Assembly: GCA_013265495.1 (NCBI GenBank)
Contig: MU058065.1
Location: 2,581,003-2,645,002, forward strand
DNA length: 64,000 bases
Direction: 5' to 3'
Origin: Vicugna vicugna
Taxonomy: Eukaryota
Positions 47,680-60,765 of this stretch are shown one piece after another. The notes below the pieces were generated by a model. It had not been told where the DNA came from, did not search any database, and worked only from the letters and a program-made list of their open reading frames with translations. The first letter of the stretch is position 1; the number at the start of each line of letters is the position of its first letter. The position numbers and the translations under genes were made by a program.

Positions 47680-50600
47680 CAGTTTTTAAGAGCAGTTTAC
47701 AGTTCATAGAAAAATTAAGAAGGTACAGAGTTTTCCAATATACCCCACACCCCTACACATGCATAGCTTGGCCCATTATCAATGTACCCCTCCAGAATGG
47801 CACATTTTTTAAAACTTATGAAATTATATTGACAGAAATTATCACCCAGAGTCCATAGTTTACATTAGGATTCAGTCTTGGTGTTGTACATCCAATGAGT
47901 TTAGAAAAATTTATAATGATATGCATTTACTGTTAAAATATAATATGGCATAGTTTCAATGCCCTGAAAATCTTCTGTGAGCCACCTATTCATCTATCCC
48001 CATTCCCTGGTAATTCTGATTTTTTTTTGGTACTGTCTCTATAGTTTTGCCTTTCCAGAATGTCATATAGTTGGAATCATACAATACATAGCCTTCTCAG
48101 ACTGACTTCTTTCACTTCACAATATGCATTTAAGATTCCTCCATGTCTTTTCATGGCTTGATAGCTCATTTCTTTTTGGTACTGAATAACATTCCATTAC
48201 CTAAATGCACCACAGCTTATTAACCCATTATCTACTGAATAATATCTTAGTTGCTTTCAATTTTTGGCAATTGTGAATAAAAATGCTATAAACATCTGAA
48301 TGCAGATTTTTGTGTGGATGTAAGTTTTCAACTCCTTTGCATGAGTACCAAAGGGCACAACTGATGGTTAGTATGGTAAAAGCATGTTTAATTTTGTAAT
48401 CAAAGAGATGTTTGATTTCTTCTTTTCAATTTTATTGATTTCTGCTTTAATTTTTATTATTAAAAATTCTGCTTACTTCTTTTTACTTTGGATTTAATTT
48501 GTTCTTTTTTTTCTAGTTTCCTAAGGTGAAAACTTAGATTATTTATTTAAGATCTGTCTTTGCTAATATATGCATTCAATTCTGTAAATTTTCCTCTAAA
48601 CCTGTTTTTTGCTACATCCCACAAATTTTGATATGCTTTGCTTTCATTTTCATTTAATTCAAAATATTTTTAAATTTCTCTTGGGATTTCTCCTCTGACC
48701 CATGTATTATTTTAAAATATATTCTTTAGTCTCCAGTATTATGGAGATATCTTTCTGTTATTGATTTCTAGTTAATTCCATTGTGGTCTGAGAGCAGACA
48801 TTGTGTAATTTCCATTTTGAAAAACTTCTTACCATGTGTTTTATGTCCAAGAATGCAGTTTATTTTGGTGAATGTTCTATATGAGCCTGAGAAAAAGTAC
48901 GTACTCTGCTGTTGGATAAAGTAGTCTATAAATATTTATTATAATTGGTTGATTGATAACTGAGTTCAATTACATCTATACTGACTTTCTTCCCACTGGA
49001 TCTGTCTATTTATGATAGAGGGGATGTTGAAGTCTCTGACTGTAGTAGTCGATTGATCTGTTTCTCCTTGAGATTCTATTACTTTTTGTTTTGTGTTTTG
49101 ATCATCTGTTTTAGGTACATACACATTAAAGGCCATTATATCTTTTTGGATAGTAGACCTCTTTATCATTATGTAATGCTTCTCTTTACCCCTGATAACT
49201 TTCCTTATTGACTGAAGTCTGCTTTATCTGAAATTAATACAGCTGCTCCCAATATCTTTTGTCTTAGTATTAGCATGGTGTATCTTCCTCCATCTACTTA
49301 ATTTTAATTTATATGTGTCTATATTTAAAGTGCTTTTTTTGTAGTGAGTTTCTTGTAGAGTGGTATGTCTTATAGAGAGAGAGTTGAGTTTTTTTTTTTA
49401 ATTCACTCTTGGTTATTTAAACTATTGACGTTCAAAGTCATTATTGACACAGATTTATATCTGCAGTATTTGTTGCTATTTTCTGTTTGTTGCTCTTGCT
49501 CTTAGTTCCTGTTTTTGTCTTTAACTCTTTTTTTTGCCTTTTGTGGTTTTGATTGAGCATTTTATATAATTTGGTTTTCTTGCCTTTCTTAGCATACTAG
49601 CTATACTTTTCTTTTTTACTTTTTAAAGTAGTTGTCTTGGAGTTTACAGTAGACATTTACACCCAATCCAAATCTACTTTCAAATAATACTGTACTACTT
49701 CATGGGTAGTGTGGATATTTGATAATGACAGAGTAATCCTAATTCCTCCTTCTGTACATTGTAACACTGCTGTCACTCATTTCACCTGTCAATAAGCACA
49801 CACACACATATATTCAAACACAATGTTGCTATTATCACTTGAACAAAGTTTTATTTCTTAGATCCACTAAGAACAAGAGAAACAAGTTTTATTTTACCTT
49901 CACTTACTCTTTCTTCAGTGCTGTTTCTATCTTTACATACATCTGAGGTTCTGGCGAATATCACTTTCCTTTTCTCTAAAGAACCTATTTTAACATTTCT
50001 TGCAAGGCATTTCTACTGGTAACAAATTCCCTCACTTTTTGTTTACCTGAGAAAGTCTTCTTTTCTCCATTACTTTCGAAAGATAATTTCATGGGGTACA
50101 TAATTCTAAGCTGATTTTTTTTTTCTCTTTCATCATTAGATATTCTACTTCTCTCTTCTTTCTGAGGAGAAGTTGAATATAACTCTTACCTTTGTTTCTC
50201 TATAGGTGAGTTTTTTTCCCCCCGCTCTGGCTTCTTTAAAGGATTTTTTCTTTACCTTTGATTTTCTGTAGTCTGAAAATGAAATCCTTAGGTATAGCTT
50301 TTTTGACATTTATTCTCCTTGATATTCTCTGAACTTCCTGGATCTGTGCTTTGTTGTGATATTAATTTGGGGAAATTCTCAGTCACTACTTTTTCAAATG
50401 TCTCCTCTGCTCCTTTCTTTATTTCTTCTCCTTCTGGTGCTCCCATGATGTGCATGTTACACCTTTTGCAGTTGTCTCACTCTTCTTGAATGTTGTGTGT
50501 TTTTGCAATTTTTTTTTCTCTTTGCATTTCAGTTTTGGACATTTCTCTTGAGCTATCCTCAAGCTTGGACATTCTTTCCTCAGCTGCGTCCAGTCTACTA

Positions 50601-51760
50601 ATAAGCCTATCAAAGGCATTCTTTATTTCTGTAACAGTGTTTTTTTTTTTTTCTAGCATTTCTTTTTGGTTCTTTCTTAGAATTTTCATCTCTCTGCTTA
50701 TGTTGCGTATCTGTTTTTCTTGCTGTTTACTTTATCCATCACTGCCCTTAGCATATTAATCATAGCTGTTTTAAATTCCTAGTTTGATAATTCTAACACC
50801 CCTACTGGATTTGATAGGGTTCTGATACTTTCACTGTCTCTTCAAACTGTGCTTTTTGCCATTTAGCATGTCTCGTCATTGTTGTCTTGATAGCTGGACA
50901 TGATGTATTAGGAAAAGAGAACTACTGTAAATAGGCCTTTAGTGATGTGATGGTAAAGTCCAGGGGGAGGGAAAGTGTTCTCTGGTCCTATAACTAGGCC
51001 TTAGTCTTTTAGTGAACCTGTGTGCTTCTGGGCTGTAAACTTTATATGTGTGTCTCAGTTGCCCTCCCTCTTAGGTGGGACGGGTTGGCTAGAGTGGGGC
51101 TGGAGGTAGGTGTTCCCCTCCTCCCAGATGAAAGACTAGAAGGAGGTAGAGTTTGAGATTTTCCTTCTTCAACATAGAAGGTTAGAGCCAGCTGGAGCTG
51201 GGTCTTACTCTTTCCCCAGACCAGTGAGGCTCTGATAAAATCCCAGTAGGTTAGGTTCTGGGTAAATAGTTTCTCCTAAGGGTAGATTTTGGTGGAACAG
51301 CTTTGTCATATTTCAACATTGTTGCTTTTCCCCTCCCCCTGCTGAAAGCATAAAAGGATTTTTTCCCCCAATATTCATTGTGAGAACCTGGTATAGCTCC
51401 AGAAGGTAAAACTCACAAAAACTTGGGGGTCCCCTGATGACTGGAACCCTCTACAGTTTTAATCTGTCAGACTTGTCCACACTGAGCTTCCAGCAATTCA
51501 TCAATTACAGTTCAGGACTTCCTACCCCAGCACTGGTTGCTGGGGAGGTTCAGTTAGAGGTTTTCTGCTTCAGTAAGTTGTGATTCTTTGTGTTTGACTG
51601 TGAGGCACTCCAGTTTTGGAGGCAGTGGATTGCACTGTGACCTATTTCTTTTACAGATCTAAGAAGAGTTGATGATTTTTCAGTTTGTTCAGCTTTTTAC
51701 TTGTTGTTAGGACAGAGTGGCAACTTCTAAGCCTCTACACATCAGACCAGAAACCAGAAT
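47680..51760 (-). mobile_element. Ancient L1MC-like element: 5'UTR, ORF1, spacer, EN and 3'UTR, with RT region deleted
   Basis: ORF1 remnant KNQKEMLE...EIKNAFDRLISRLDAAEERMSKLED (50477-50689). EN remnant MIKRSTIQKDI...VRDFN (48966-49169). L1MC-type 3'UTR at 47680-48400 and 5' end near 51750. Confidence 0.85.
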
Positions 51761-52849
51761 AGGTAAAATACTTTTCAAAGGCATTTTCTGCTTCTTATTT
51801 CATCCGAACCTCACAAATCCATAAGCTTTTTAGGAAAGTATTTTCTTCTTTTCACCATGAGGAATACAAGTCCAGAGAGATGAATGCTTTGCAGAAGGTC
51901 ATGCTGTCCTCTAGGTTTTTAGGAATGGGAACCAGTCTACTTTGGCTCAGGAAATTCCTGCACTGCTTCAGATAAACTGGATTTACCTTGGTGGAGACCA
52001 GAGTCCTTTATCTGAGATTCTTCTTGATTGGATAAAACCAACCATGGTCTGAGAGAGCTTTTCATACCTACTTTAAACTGTAAGCCATAAGCTTCATCTG
52101 TCAGCAGCAGCTGATTGTGGCAAAGACTCTCGTGGCCCAAGTTGTCTTTCTGGTCAGTGCATTGAACCATTTATGTAAATCCTGACGAGGTGCTAAGACT
52201 AGACTGAAAAGGACAAGGTATTTCCCCGAAATGCTTAAAGTCTTGCCAGAATAACTGATTCTGAGAACTGACTGATAATTAAAAGGGACACAATCATGTC
52301 ACAATGTATCTGGCCCTCTTTACTGAGATGTCATTCCATTACACTGGAAGAAACTAGAGTACAAAGAATTATGGTTTCTCCAACTTGTTTTTTTTTTCTC
52401 TAATGACTCACTGGCCAGATAATTATTGAATTTAAAGCATTTTTAAACCCTAAAATGAAAAACTTCACTTAAGTCAACAGAAAGCAGATGGTGTTCATGT
52501 ACAAGAGAACCAGCTCAGGGTTACACACAGCTGTATTCCTTTCTCTGGTGCCACAAGTGAAATTTGATTATGTCTGTGATTCATTTTAAAAATGACACAT
52601 CCTTAACATCATGGTGTAACTCCAAGTATTTGGTGACTATGAAGCTGTTTTTTTGTCCAGGAAATAATGCTGCCTTCTACTTACTCAGGAAACTAATCCA
52701 ATGACAAACTAGTGTGCAATGTTCTTAATTGGCACCAAGGTTTTCCCTAAGAACAGGGGGAAAGTCATGAGAATAATAAAAATAAAAGTAATCAAATAAT
52801 GTCAGAATATAATAACTTTTAGATTATGTCAATATCAGATCTGATTTTG

Positions 52850-53065
52850 GATAGAGGTATAGAGTGCTAGTTTAAAGAAGAGCCTCTGACATCAGCCACA
52901 TCTGAATTTAAATTCTTAATTACTGTGTGAGATCAGAAAGTTATTTCACTTTTCCTTCTCTTAAAATCAGATAATAATATTTATCTTAAAGGACTGTTAT
53001 ATGGATTAGATAAGATTACATAAAGATTATAGAGGTAAATTTCTCATGTAGTAAGCAGTTAATAA
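52850..53065 (+). mobile_element. MIR SINE remnant
   Basis: agtgctagtttaaag...aagttatttcact...taataatatttatcttaaaggactgttatatggattagataag. Confidence 0.6.
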
Positions 53066-54918
53066 CTGACAGAAAAACAAGCAATCACATGGAAAGGGGG
53101 AATATGGACATCTTATTGGGTTTTTCTGCTTATCATTTGCATAATTTAGACATTAGTTGAAATACAAGATCTCCAGAAATATTGTGGTACTTCAGCTTGG
53201 AAATTACTGTGTGATACTCTTAACATTAATATATGTTTCACTTTTTTGTACCTTCTCGGGTGCTTTCTTGAGCTACTAATAAAGAAGATATAAATAATAA
53301 GGTCAAAAGTGGCAATGACTTCCCCTCTCTCATGTGACAAATGGCATCTAATCTGCCAGGGCTGCTTGAACGAAATGCACTCTCTCCAAGCTCTCAGCTG
53401 CCAAAACTAAACTAAAAGGAGGTGATTCAATAGCTGGGCTTGGAAATTAAAGTGTGAGCAGGAATTGATGAGATTTGCCAATTTCTGATGCTTCAGTATC
53501 ATGATTTTTTTTTTTTTTGTAAAGGTTGTTCATATGAAGGTGGAAGGTTGGGATTTCAACCCACTACTCCACAACAAGATTTTGTCCCTCAGTCCTTCCA
53601 TGGTTAGGCGTTGCTCTCCCATTGTGCCAGAGGTGGTTTTTCAAATGATTACCAGGCAGTTAACAGAAAAAGCACAGGTACCTGATGTCTGCCTGATTCA
53701 CTGTTCTGTAAGAGGTAGACGTCAGGCAACAGGAGAGCTGGTGAACACCTACGGGAAAAGCAAACACAGATATGGAAGTCAGGAGCTCTGGTTAATGTTC
53801 TGCGCCCTGCCACTCATGATTTCTGAGACTCCAGTCTTGTCATTTTCCACTTCTGGGCAGCAATAACTAGAGGTTCCTCCCTGAGGAACACTTCTTTTCA
53901 CGAGTTAGCGATGCAGTGTGAGCTGACCTTTGCTGGAAAATTGGACTCTTGGCAGGAAAGTCAGGGCAGAGAAACACCTGAACGAGGCTGGAGGAAGAAG
54001 TCTTCATACCTCTCTCCACCTGGTGACAGATGCAAAGAATCCGTGAGTAAAGGACCTCATGTCCCATGACTTCAGGGTTCAACAGACTTTTCACTGAGGG
54101 ACAAGGCCAGACATTATGACCTTCTGAGCTGTCAGAAAAGGTCAGATGGGCGGGCCAATGGGTGGCACTGTCATCACTTTGCTTCCCTCTTTGGTCGGCA
54201 CAATTCTGTCCCTCTGAGAGTGTGCTAGCCTTTTAAACCTGGCTGTTGCCTTACTACCTATTAATATTCAAACTGTGTTGGCTGTTGAACTTTGTGAGCA
54301 ACACCAGATTAAATAACACCTTTCACATTATGGGCTTTTTAGGATAAACAAGGTAAACTATTTGTGCTTCATTAGTTGTCTGTACTGACAAGATGTAACC
54401 ATTATAGTAAACTGAATCAGCCATCAGCTGATAGCCTGGAATTGATTATAATTTTACTTAAAAATTGTCCCTTTCATAACATATGTAAATGTATGGCTAA
54501 TATTAATTGACTCTAATTTAGATGAATCATATATTTTTAAATAAACTGTTTGGAACCACCACAGCCTATTTCCTGATGTCTATATACTTCCTAAAACAGA
54601 GCAATTCTTTCCCACAAGTCTTGAAGTGGACTAACAGATCCCATGTATGGGAATCTACTTTGCCAAGATCTTACCCTCTTAATAATCTTCAAATACATAA
54701 GGAGGTCCCCATGTGGGACGTCAGTATTAAGGAACATCAGTCTTAAAAACCAAATGCAGTATGTCGCAGTTTTCTTTATGTACTCGCTAGGATTCAGGGC
54801 ATCTAATTTTAGCTGCTGTATTTTGGGATACTGACCATATTTAATAGAATTACACATTAGGTTCTGGATTGTTCCTCTATGTGAATATAACCAGTGAAGC
54901 ATACCAAAATCCAAAAGT

Positions 54919-55036
54919 TCTCTCTCTCTCTATATATATATATGTGTATATATACATATATACACACATATATATACACATACATATATATGTATGTATA
55001 TGTATGTATATACGTATGTATGTGTATATATATATA
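54919..55036. repeat. Compound (TC)n-(TA/CA/TG)n microsatellite
   Basis: About 105 bp of alternating purine-pyrimidine sequence following (TC)6. Confidence 0.95.
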
Positions 55037-58000
55037 ATAAACTAGCTACTCTGACAATATACTCCTGAGATTGAGAGCAAATTTCTAATTATCTACCAGT
55101 TCCCAAGCATTGTGGTTATTTAACATTTTTGTAACTTTTCACTTGTTTTGTTTTTAATGGTGTTGTGTTTTTTTTTTACCATTAATTAGCTAGTGTCTGC
55201 TAGTGTGTGCCTAAGTCTCCACATTTCCAATGACCCCTACAGATGGAATATTTCAGAATAATGAGTCATGATGTATTATTCAGTGCAAAAATAATGACAT
55301 TTTTGGTACCTAGGGTAGATTTTCTGTATTCAACTGAATGTGCAAATAGATGTTCTCAGCTGAAATGGATGTGGGTTCCTTAATGCCAAGCCACTCATCC
55401 TTTAGCAGACGTGTTCTCATGCCTTGTATGAGACATCCTTCCTAGAAATCTGTATTGTTTCTGTCATTCCATCTGCCCGAACTAGACCAAAAATGAGACC
55501 AACCCAGCCAGAACAGGCATATAGATCTTAAGGACCACCTCCTATTTCAACCTCCTGTTGAATTTGGAAAGAATATATCTTTATCGCTATCTCTAGGCAT
55601 AAAGCAATAGACCAAGTATACCTGATCAGCTTGGGCTAAAAAAATGAGACATCAGTGCACAATCTGTGTAAGCCAAGGATATGCGAAGAGGTCTCAGAAT
55701 TGTTAAGAATTAGAATTTTAGCCCCGAGAAAAACCTTAGTTGTGATCTGGTCTAAACCTCCCCAGACTGAGCTCCAGAGAAGATGGTAATTTGTTCAAGG
55801 ATTCCAAGGTGAATCACTGTGACAGTCAAGAATGGAATCCACATCTTAATTTCCTCAATGAAGAAAAAAAAGGGATAACAACAGCCCATCTCACTGAGGA
55901 GAGTAATGATTACGTGTTTCATCTGCAGTACTTTCATCTGTGGGACGTTTTTATTCCAACATAACTGCCATTCTCTCTTGATAGGAGGTTATAACGAAGT
56001 GCATAAAGTGAATATTCCTAACCATGATTATCTGAAATAATATTTCTCACCTTATTTTACCTTATTTATAAAAGATGGCCAATTTGAATAATCTCATGTG
56101 ATTTGAGATTGTTTGAGATCTCGTCAGATATGAGAAAGCGCTGTAATTTATGAGGTAATTCTCAAATACTGGCTGGTGTTACCACCTCCGCAAGTTCTTG
56201 TCTTCGTGTAACCTCCAGTGTGTTCCAGAGAATATCACTTGTTTAAGTTTGAGATACAATCAAGGAATTAGATTAGCTAGCAGAAATAGCCTAAAAATAC
56301 ACCCCTATTAAATGAGGAAAGATATGTTTTGAAATGTAGTTGGAATAAAACAGTGCCATTGTTAAGCGATTTTGCAACCAGTGCATTTTCTGAGCAGTCC
56401 TATTGAAGTGTTTTGATATGTCCTATTTTCCACTGGCCACCATGGCATAAAGTTGGACTGCTACAGATTATCAGGAAATTGTTCTCAGAAGCAGAACCAG
56501 ATAGGTGAATACTAAAGTAAAATGGGGAAGGTGAAAATAAAGTTGAAATAGAAATAAATTACCCTCAAATTCTTTATTTTACAATGATTGCATACATAAA
56601 TAGAGTTATAATAATTGATTGCTAATTTACATATCATGAAATTCCAAACGTACTGTAGTACGTTCTTTTCATATTTATAAGACAACAAAACTTGGACAAT
56701 GTCTATTTAAGCTAGTGATTGGAGAATATGCATTCAGAAAGTTGGACACAGTTTGCTTTTGCTGGTTTCTTGCTAAGCCAAACCTTAGGGAGGCTGTAAG
56801 TAGCATAATTTGGGGAACGTGTCCAGGTCTGAGGAACCGGTCTTTGGGACATTCATTTCAACGTGGAATTATGCGGCTCTGAAAGTAGTTCCAACTCCTG
56901 TTTCCAAGGACAAGATTGACTATTCCAGTGATGCTTCCTATATAGGATTCTGATTATTAGTTACAGAGGCACCATGAATGCTTTCTGGAATGAGGATAGA
57001 GAGAACCAACCAAAAGACCAAGGAGAATATAATTTTCCTGATTCTTGTACTCACTCTACCTATGGTTTCCATTCCTTCTTTCAAAACCTGTTCACTGAAA
57101 TTACAAATGTGTTCTGGTGTGGAAACATCTATTAATTCTCTATTAGTTCAGGATAGCAAGCTAAATGAAGAAACAGCATTGTGGAGAATATTGATAACCT
57201 TAATCAAATTTGAACCCCAACAGTAACTCCTTAGAAAGTTAAATGCTGACTGAACCAATTGAAATAATCGGTCATTTTCCTCTGACTAAAGAAAGAAAAG
57301 AGAGAGCTGACAAAAACAGTGATTATACTGGCCTTAGATTAGGTTGGTGCTCAAATCCTTTACCTAAATGAACTCTATTGAGCAACTTGTACTTTCTCAA
57401 GGAATCACAGCATGAAATAAAGACAAGAGATGAGTCATAGTCCTGTATGGTGCTGAACAAACTGGCTTAAGGCATGATTCATGAGACTTCAGCTTTGGGA
57501 ATTGCAAAGTCTTTCTTCACATTCAAAAGTTAAGGTAAAGAAAATTTAATTCTTAAGTGTGATCCTAAGGAACAACAAAAAAGTACTTTCATAGTATGTT
57601 GATCTTTCATATTCTAAATCATATTGAGTAAATGATCAAAATTTATATCCTATTTGCCTTAAATTTAAGGGAAGTAATTTTCTAGCAGCTTTCGCCCTGA
57701 GCTAGAAATTAAAAGTCCAGAAAGACTTATTTATTTGATTTTAAAAAATAACTGCCTTTGTTAAAAAGCCTAGGATACAAGCACTAAGGCATCATTAAAT
57801 GTTGAAAAAAATTTAGGCCAAGAGATGACAGTAGTAATGCAAAGAAGAAACCAGGGCAGTTGAAAACAGCTCTCAAATAATGGTGCCTCATTAGTACATT
57901 GAAGCAGTCAGATTTTTAAATAATGGTCTAAGACAGAAACTAGGCCACTTGATTCAGACTGGGGCAAGGGTTGTGAAGGTAAGGCTCTTCTACAAGAGGA

Positions 58001-58174
58001 ACACTTTTGGGACAAAAACCTTGGCTCTGTTTCCTTGCATTATGAACAAACAAACAAACAGATGATGGCATGGTGCCACAACTTGAGAAATCTGTGATTT
58101 CTGAGGCTGCCAGTGTTTAAATTATAGCAGGCCTTGAATAAACTCAGCAAACATGTGATATGTATGGAGCGAGT

Positions 58175-58655
58175 ATTTGGCATTTTTTGACTGACTGCCA
58201 AATATTTAGATCTAAGAATACTCCCCAGTTTCTTCTGAGGTGGAAGGATGATCATTCTGTGTTTTTTGGTGGAAGGACGATTGCTTCTGTACGCCTTGAT
58301 CTATAGCGTTCCTCTCTCCCTCCTTGTGTTTCAGTGGGTATATGACCTAACCTTGACTGATTAGGTGCTTTCTTCCAAGACTTTGAATTTTGAGAGTGTG
58401 AATCAAGGGAAGAAGAAATAGTTGAGTAGATTTCTTTATGGTGGCAATGATGGAGAAACCACCATATAGATTTTGCTATGAGACAACTGTATGTTTCCAG
58501 GTCCCAGCCCTCTCACACTCCCTTATGGTCCCAATCTGGTCCTTCTACTTGCATCAATTCTGTGAGACTCTGAATTCTTTCTAATCACTTCCTTTTTGCC
58601 TAATAAATTGAGTCCACTTCTGTTTCTTGCACTGTGGAACTATAACTATTCCATT
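58175..58655 (+). mobile_element. Old ERVL-type LTR (LTR16/LTR33-like)
   Basis: atgacctaaccttgactgattag, tctgtgagactctgaattctttctaatcacttcctttttgcct, tctgtttcttgca. Family uncertain. Confidence 0.5.
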
Positions 58656-59371
58656 GTGTAAGTTAAATATAACCAGATTTCAGGGTTAAGCTTCAGTGCA
58701 ATGAGCTCCAAGGTTCCCTGCAGAGTAGGGGTTATTGCATTCTGAAGGCTCATGGAGATGTTTTAAGAATGAAAGCACTTTGAAAGGAGATGCATAACAC
58801 TAGCGTTCATATATCTTTGATGCCGATAGTGGTTCTTAACAGGGGATGAATTGCTCCTGGAAAGTTTAAGACCTCCTGAAATACAAATAGCCTAGTCCCT
58901 ACAGGATTGAAAATAGAAACCTATCTTTATCCAAAACTATACAGAAGAATATTGTAGTCTTGCTTTAATAGGTAGGGGCTCTTTCTGATTTTTTTCATAT
59001 CTCTTTATTTAAATAGCTACATAAAAGCTGTCAGAGCAGGGCAGAATGAATTGGTAGAATACATCCAAAATTAGGAAACGTCTAGAAGTCATGCAGTCCT
59101 GATGCTGTCATTCCCTCTCTAACAATCCCGAGCAATTGTGTTGTTCATTGAACACCTTTAGTTATTAAGTGCTCACTACCTCACAAGGCAGACTGCTGGG
59201 CTACAGAACAGCTGTACTTATTAGAATGTTTCTTTTGACTTTGGGTCTAAATATATCCTCCTTCAAATTGTATGTATTTATTGATCATAAAATTGATCTC
59301 TGGAGATACAAAAAAAGTTTACTTCAAATGTTTTCTCATGTATCATTAATGAAAGGTTAAAAATGGGGCAA

Positions 59372-60513
59372 CAGATGACATCATGTAATACATGGAAAAT
59401 CCTAAGAAAGTCACTAAAAATGATTAAAGCTAATAACCAAGTTCAGCAAGGTTGAAGGATTTAAGATCAGTATTCAAAAATTAGTTCTATCTCTATATGA
59501 TAATGAACAATTCAAAAATCAAGAAAACAATTCCACTTAAACATTATCAGAAATAACAAAAGGCTAAGGATAAATGTAGGAAAAGAAGGGAAAATCTCAT
59601 ACAAAAGAAGGTTGAAATAAATGAAATAATACATCTAAATATGTCTGTGAAGTCTTTTGACATCTCAGTTTCATGGATCAGAAGACTTAATTTGTTAAAA
59701 TGACAATACTCCCCAAATTGAGAGTTAACACAATCCTTATCAAAATGTTAACTAAATTTTTGCATAAGTTGACATGGAGTTGTATGAATCAACAATTCCA
59801 TTCCTAGGTATACATATACAAAAGGCAAAAACCATATGCCCACACAAAAACTTTTACATGAGTGTCCATAGTGGCATTGTTCATAACAGTCAAAAGGTCA
59901 AACAACTCAATGTCTATCAACTGACAAATACACAAATGTTGTATATCCAAATATCTGTAAGATGGAATACTGTTCAGCCATAAGAAGGAATGCAAATATT
60001 TGTACACCAGTGTTCAGAAGCAACGTTATTCAAGATAGCCAAAAAGTGGAAACAATCCAAATGCTGCTGGAGCAAGAGATGGATGGATAAACAAAATATG
60101 TGTATACATTCAACAGAATGTTTTTCAGCCTTAATGAATAAAATTCTGATACATGCTACATCATAGATGAACCTTGAAACATTGAAAACATTATGCGAAT
60201 GAAATAAGCCAGACACAAAAGACCATATATTGTGTGATTTCATTTATATGAAATGTTCAGAGTAGCTAACTCTATGGAGAGAGAAAGATTAATTGTTTTC
60301 TGGAGGAGTTGGGAGAGGAAATGAGAAGTAGCCGCTAATGGGTATGGGTTTTCTTTTTTGAAATGATGAAAATTCTCTAAGATTAGGTTTTGGAGTTGCA
60401 CAGCTCTGTGAATGTACTAAAAAACATTGAGTTGAATACTTTAAATTGGTGAATTTTATGTATGCATATTATATCTCAGTAAAGCTATTTAAAATATATT
60501 AAAAGCAAAAAGT
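59372..60513 (+). mobile_element. 5'-truncated, internally deleted L1MB-like element
   Basis: Starts at the RT ADD codons (cagatgacat) and ends ctcagtaaagc plus A-rich tail. Perfect TSD aaaaatggggcaa (59359-59371 / 60514-60526). Confidence 0.85.
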
Positions 60514-60589
60514 AAAAATGGGGCAAGACCAAGAGCAGGTCTTTTAGTAGGCTAGATATAGAAAAGGACTATCTTCATCACCCTACATG

Positions 60590-60765
60590 ATTCCTTTGCA
60601 GCCTTCACCACATTTTGTAATTACTTTGCTTGTTTACTTATTATTTCCTCTCTTCTTCACTAGCCTCTGAGTTCCTTGAGGGCAGGGATTATTTCTGTCC
60701 TATCATTGTGTCCTCAGTATTAAATACATTGCTGGAACTTATAGGTACCCAATAAAGATTTGTTA
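60590..60765 (+). mobile_element. L2 3' tail
   Basis: ctctgagttccttgagggcagggatt...taggtacccaataaagatttgtt. Confidence 0.65.

Noticed and set aside
59850..60150. Apparent tandem duplication of the ORF2-end motif in the L1MB-like copy
   Set aside because: As I recall, such duplicated segments are part of some L1MB/MC 3' consensus sequences, so probably not locus-specific.
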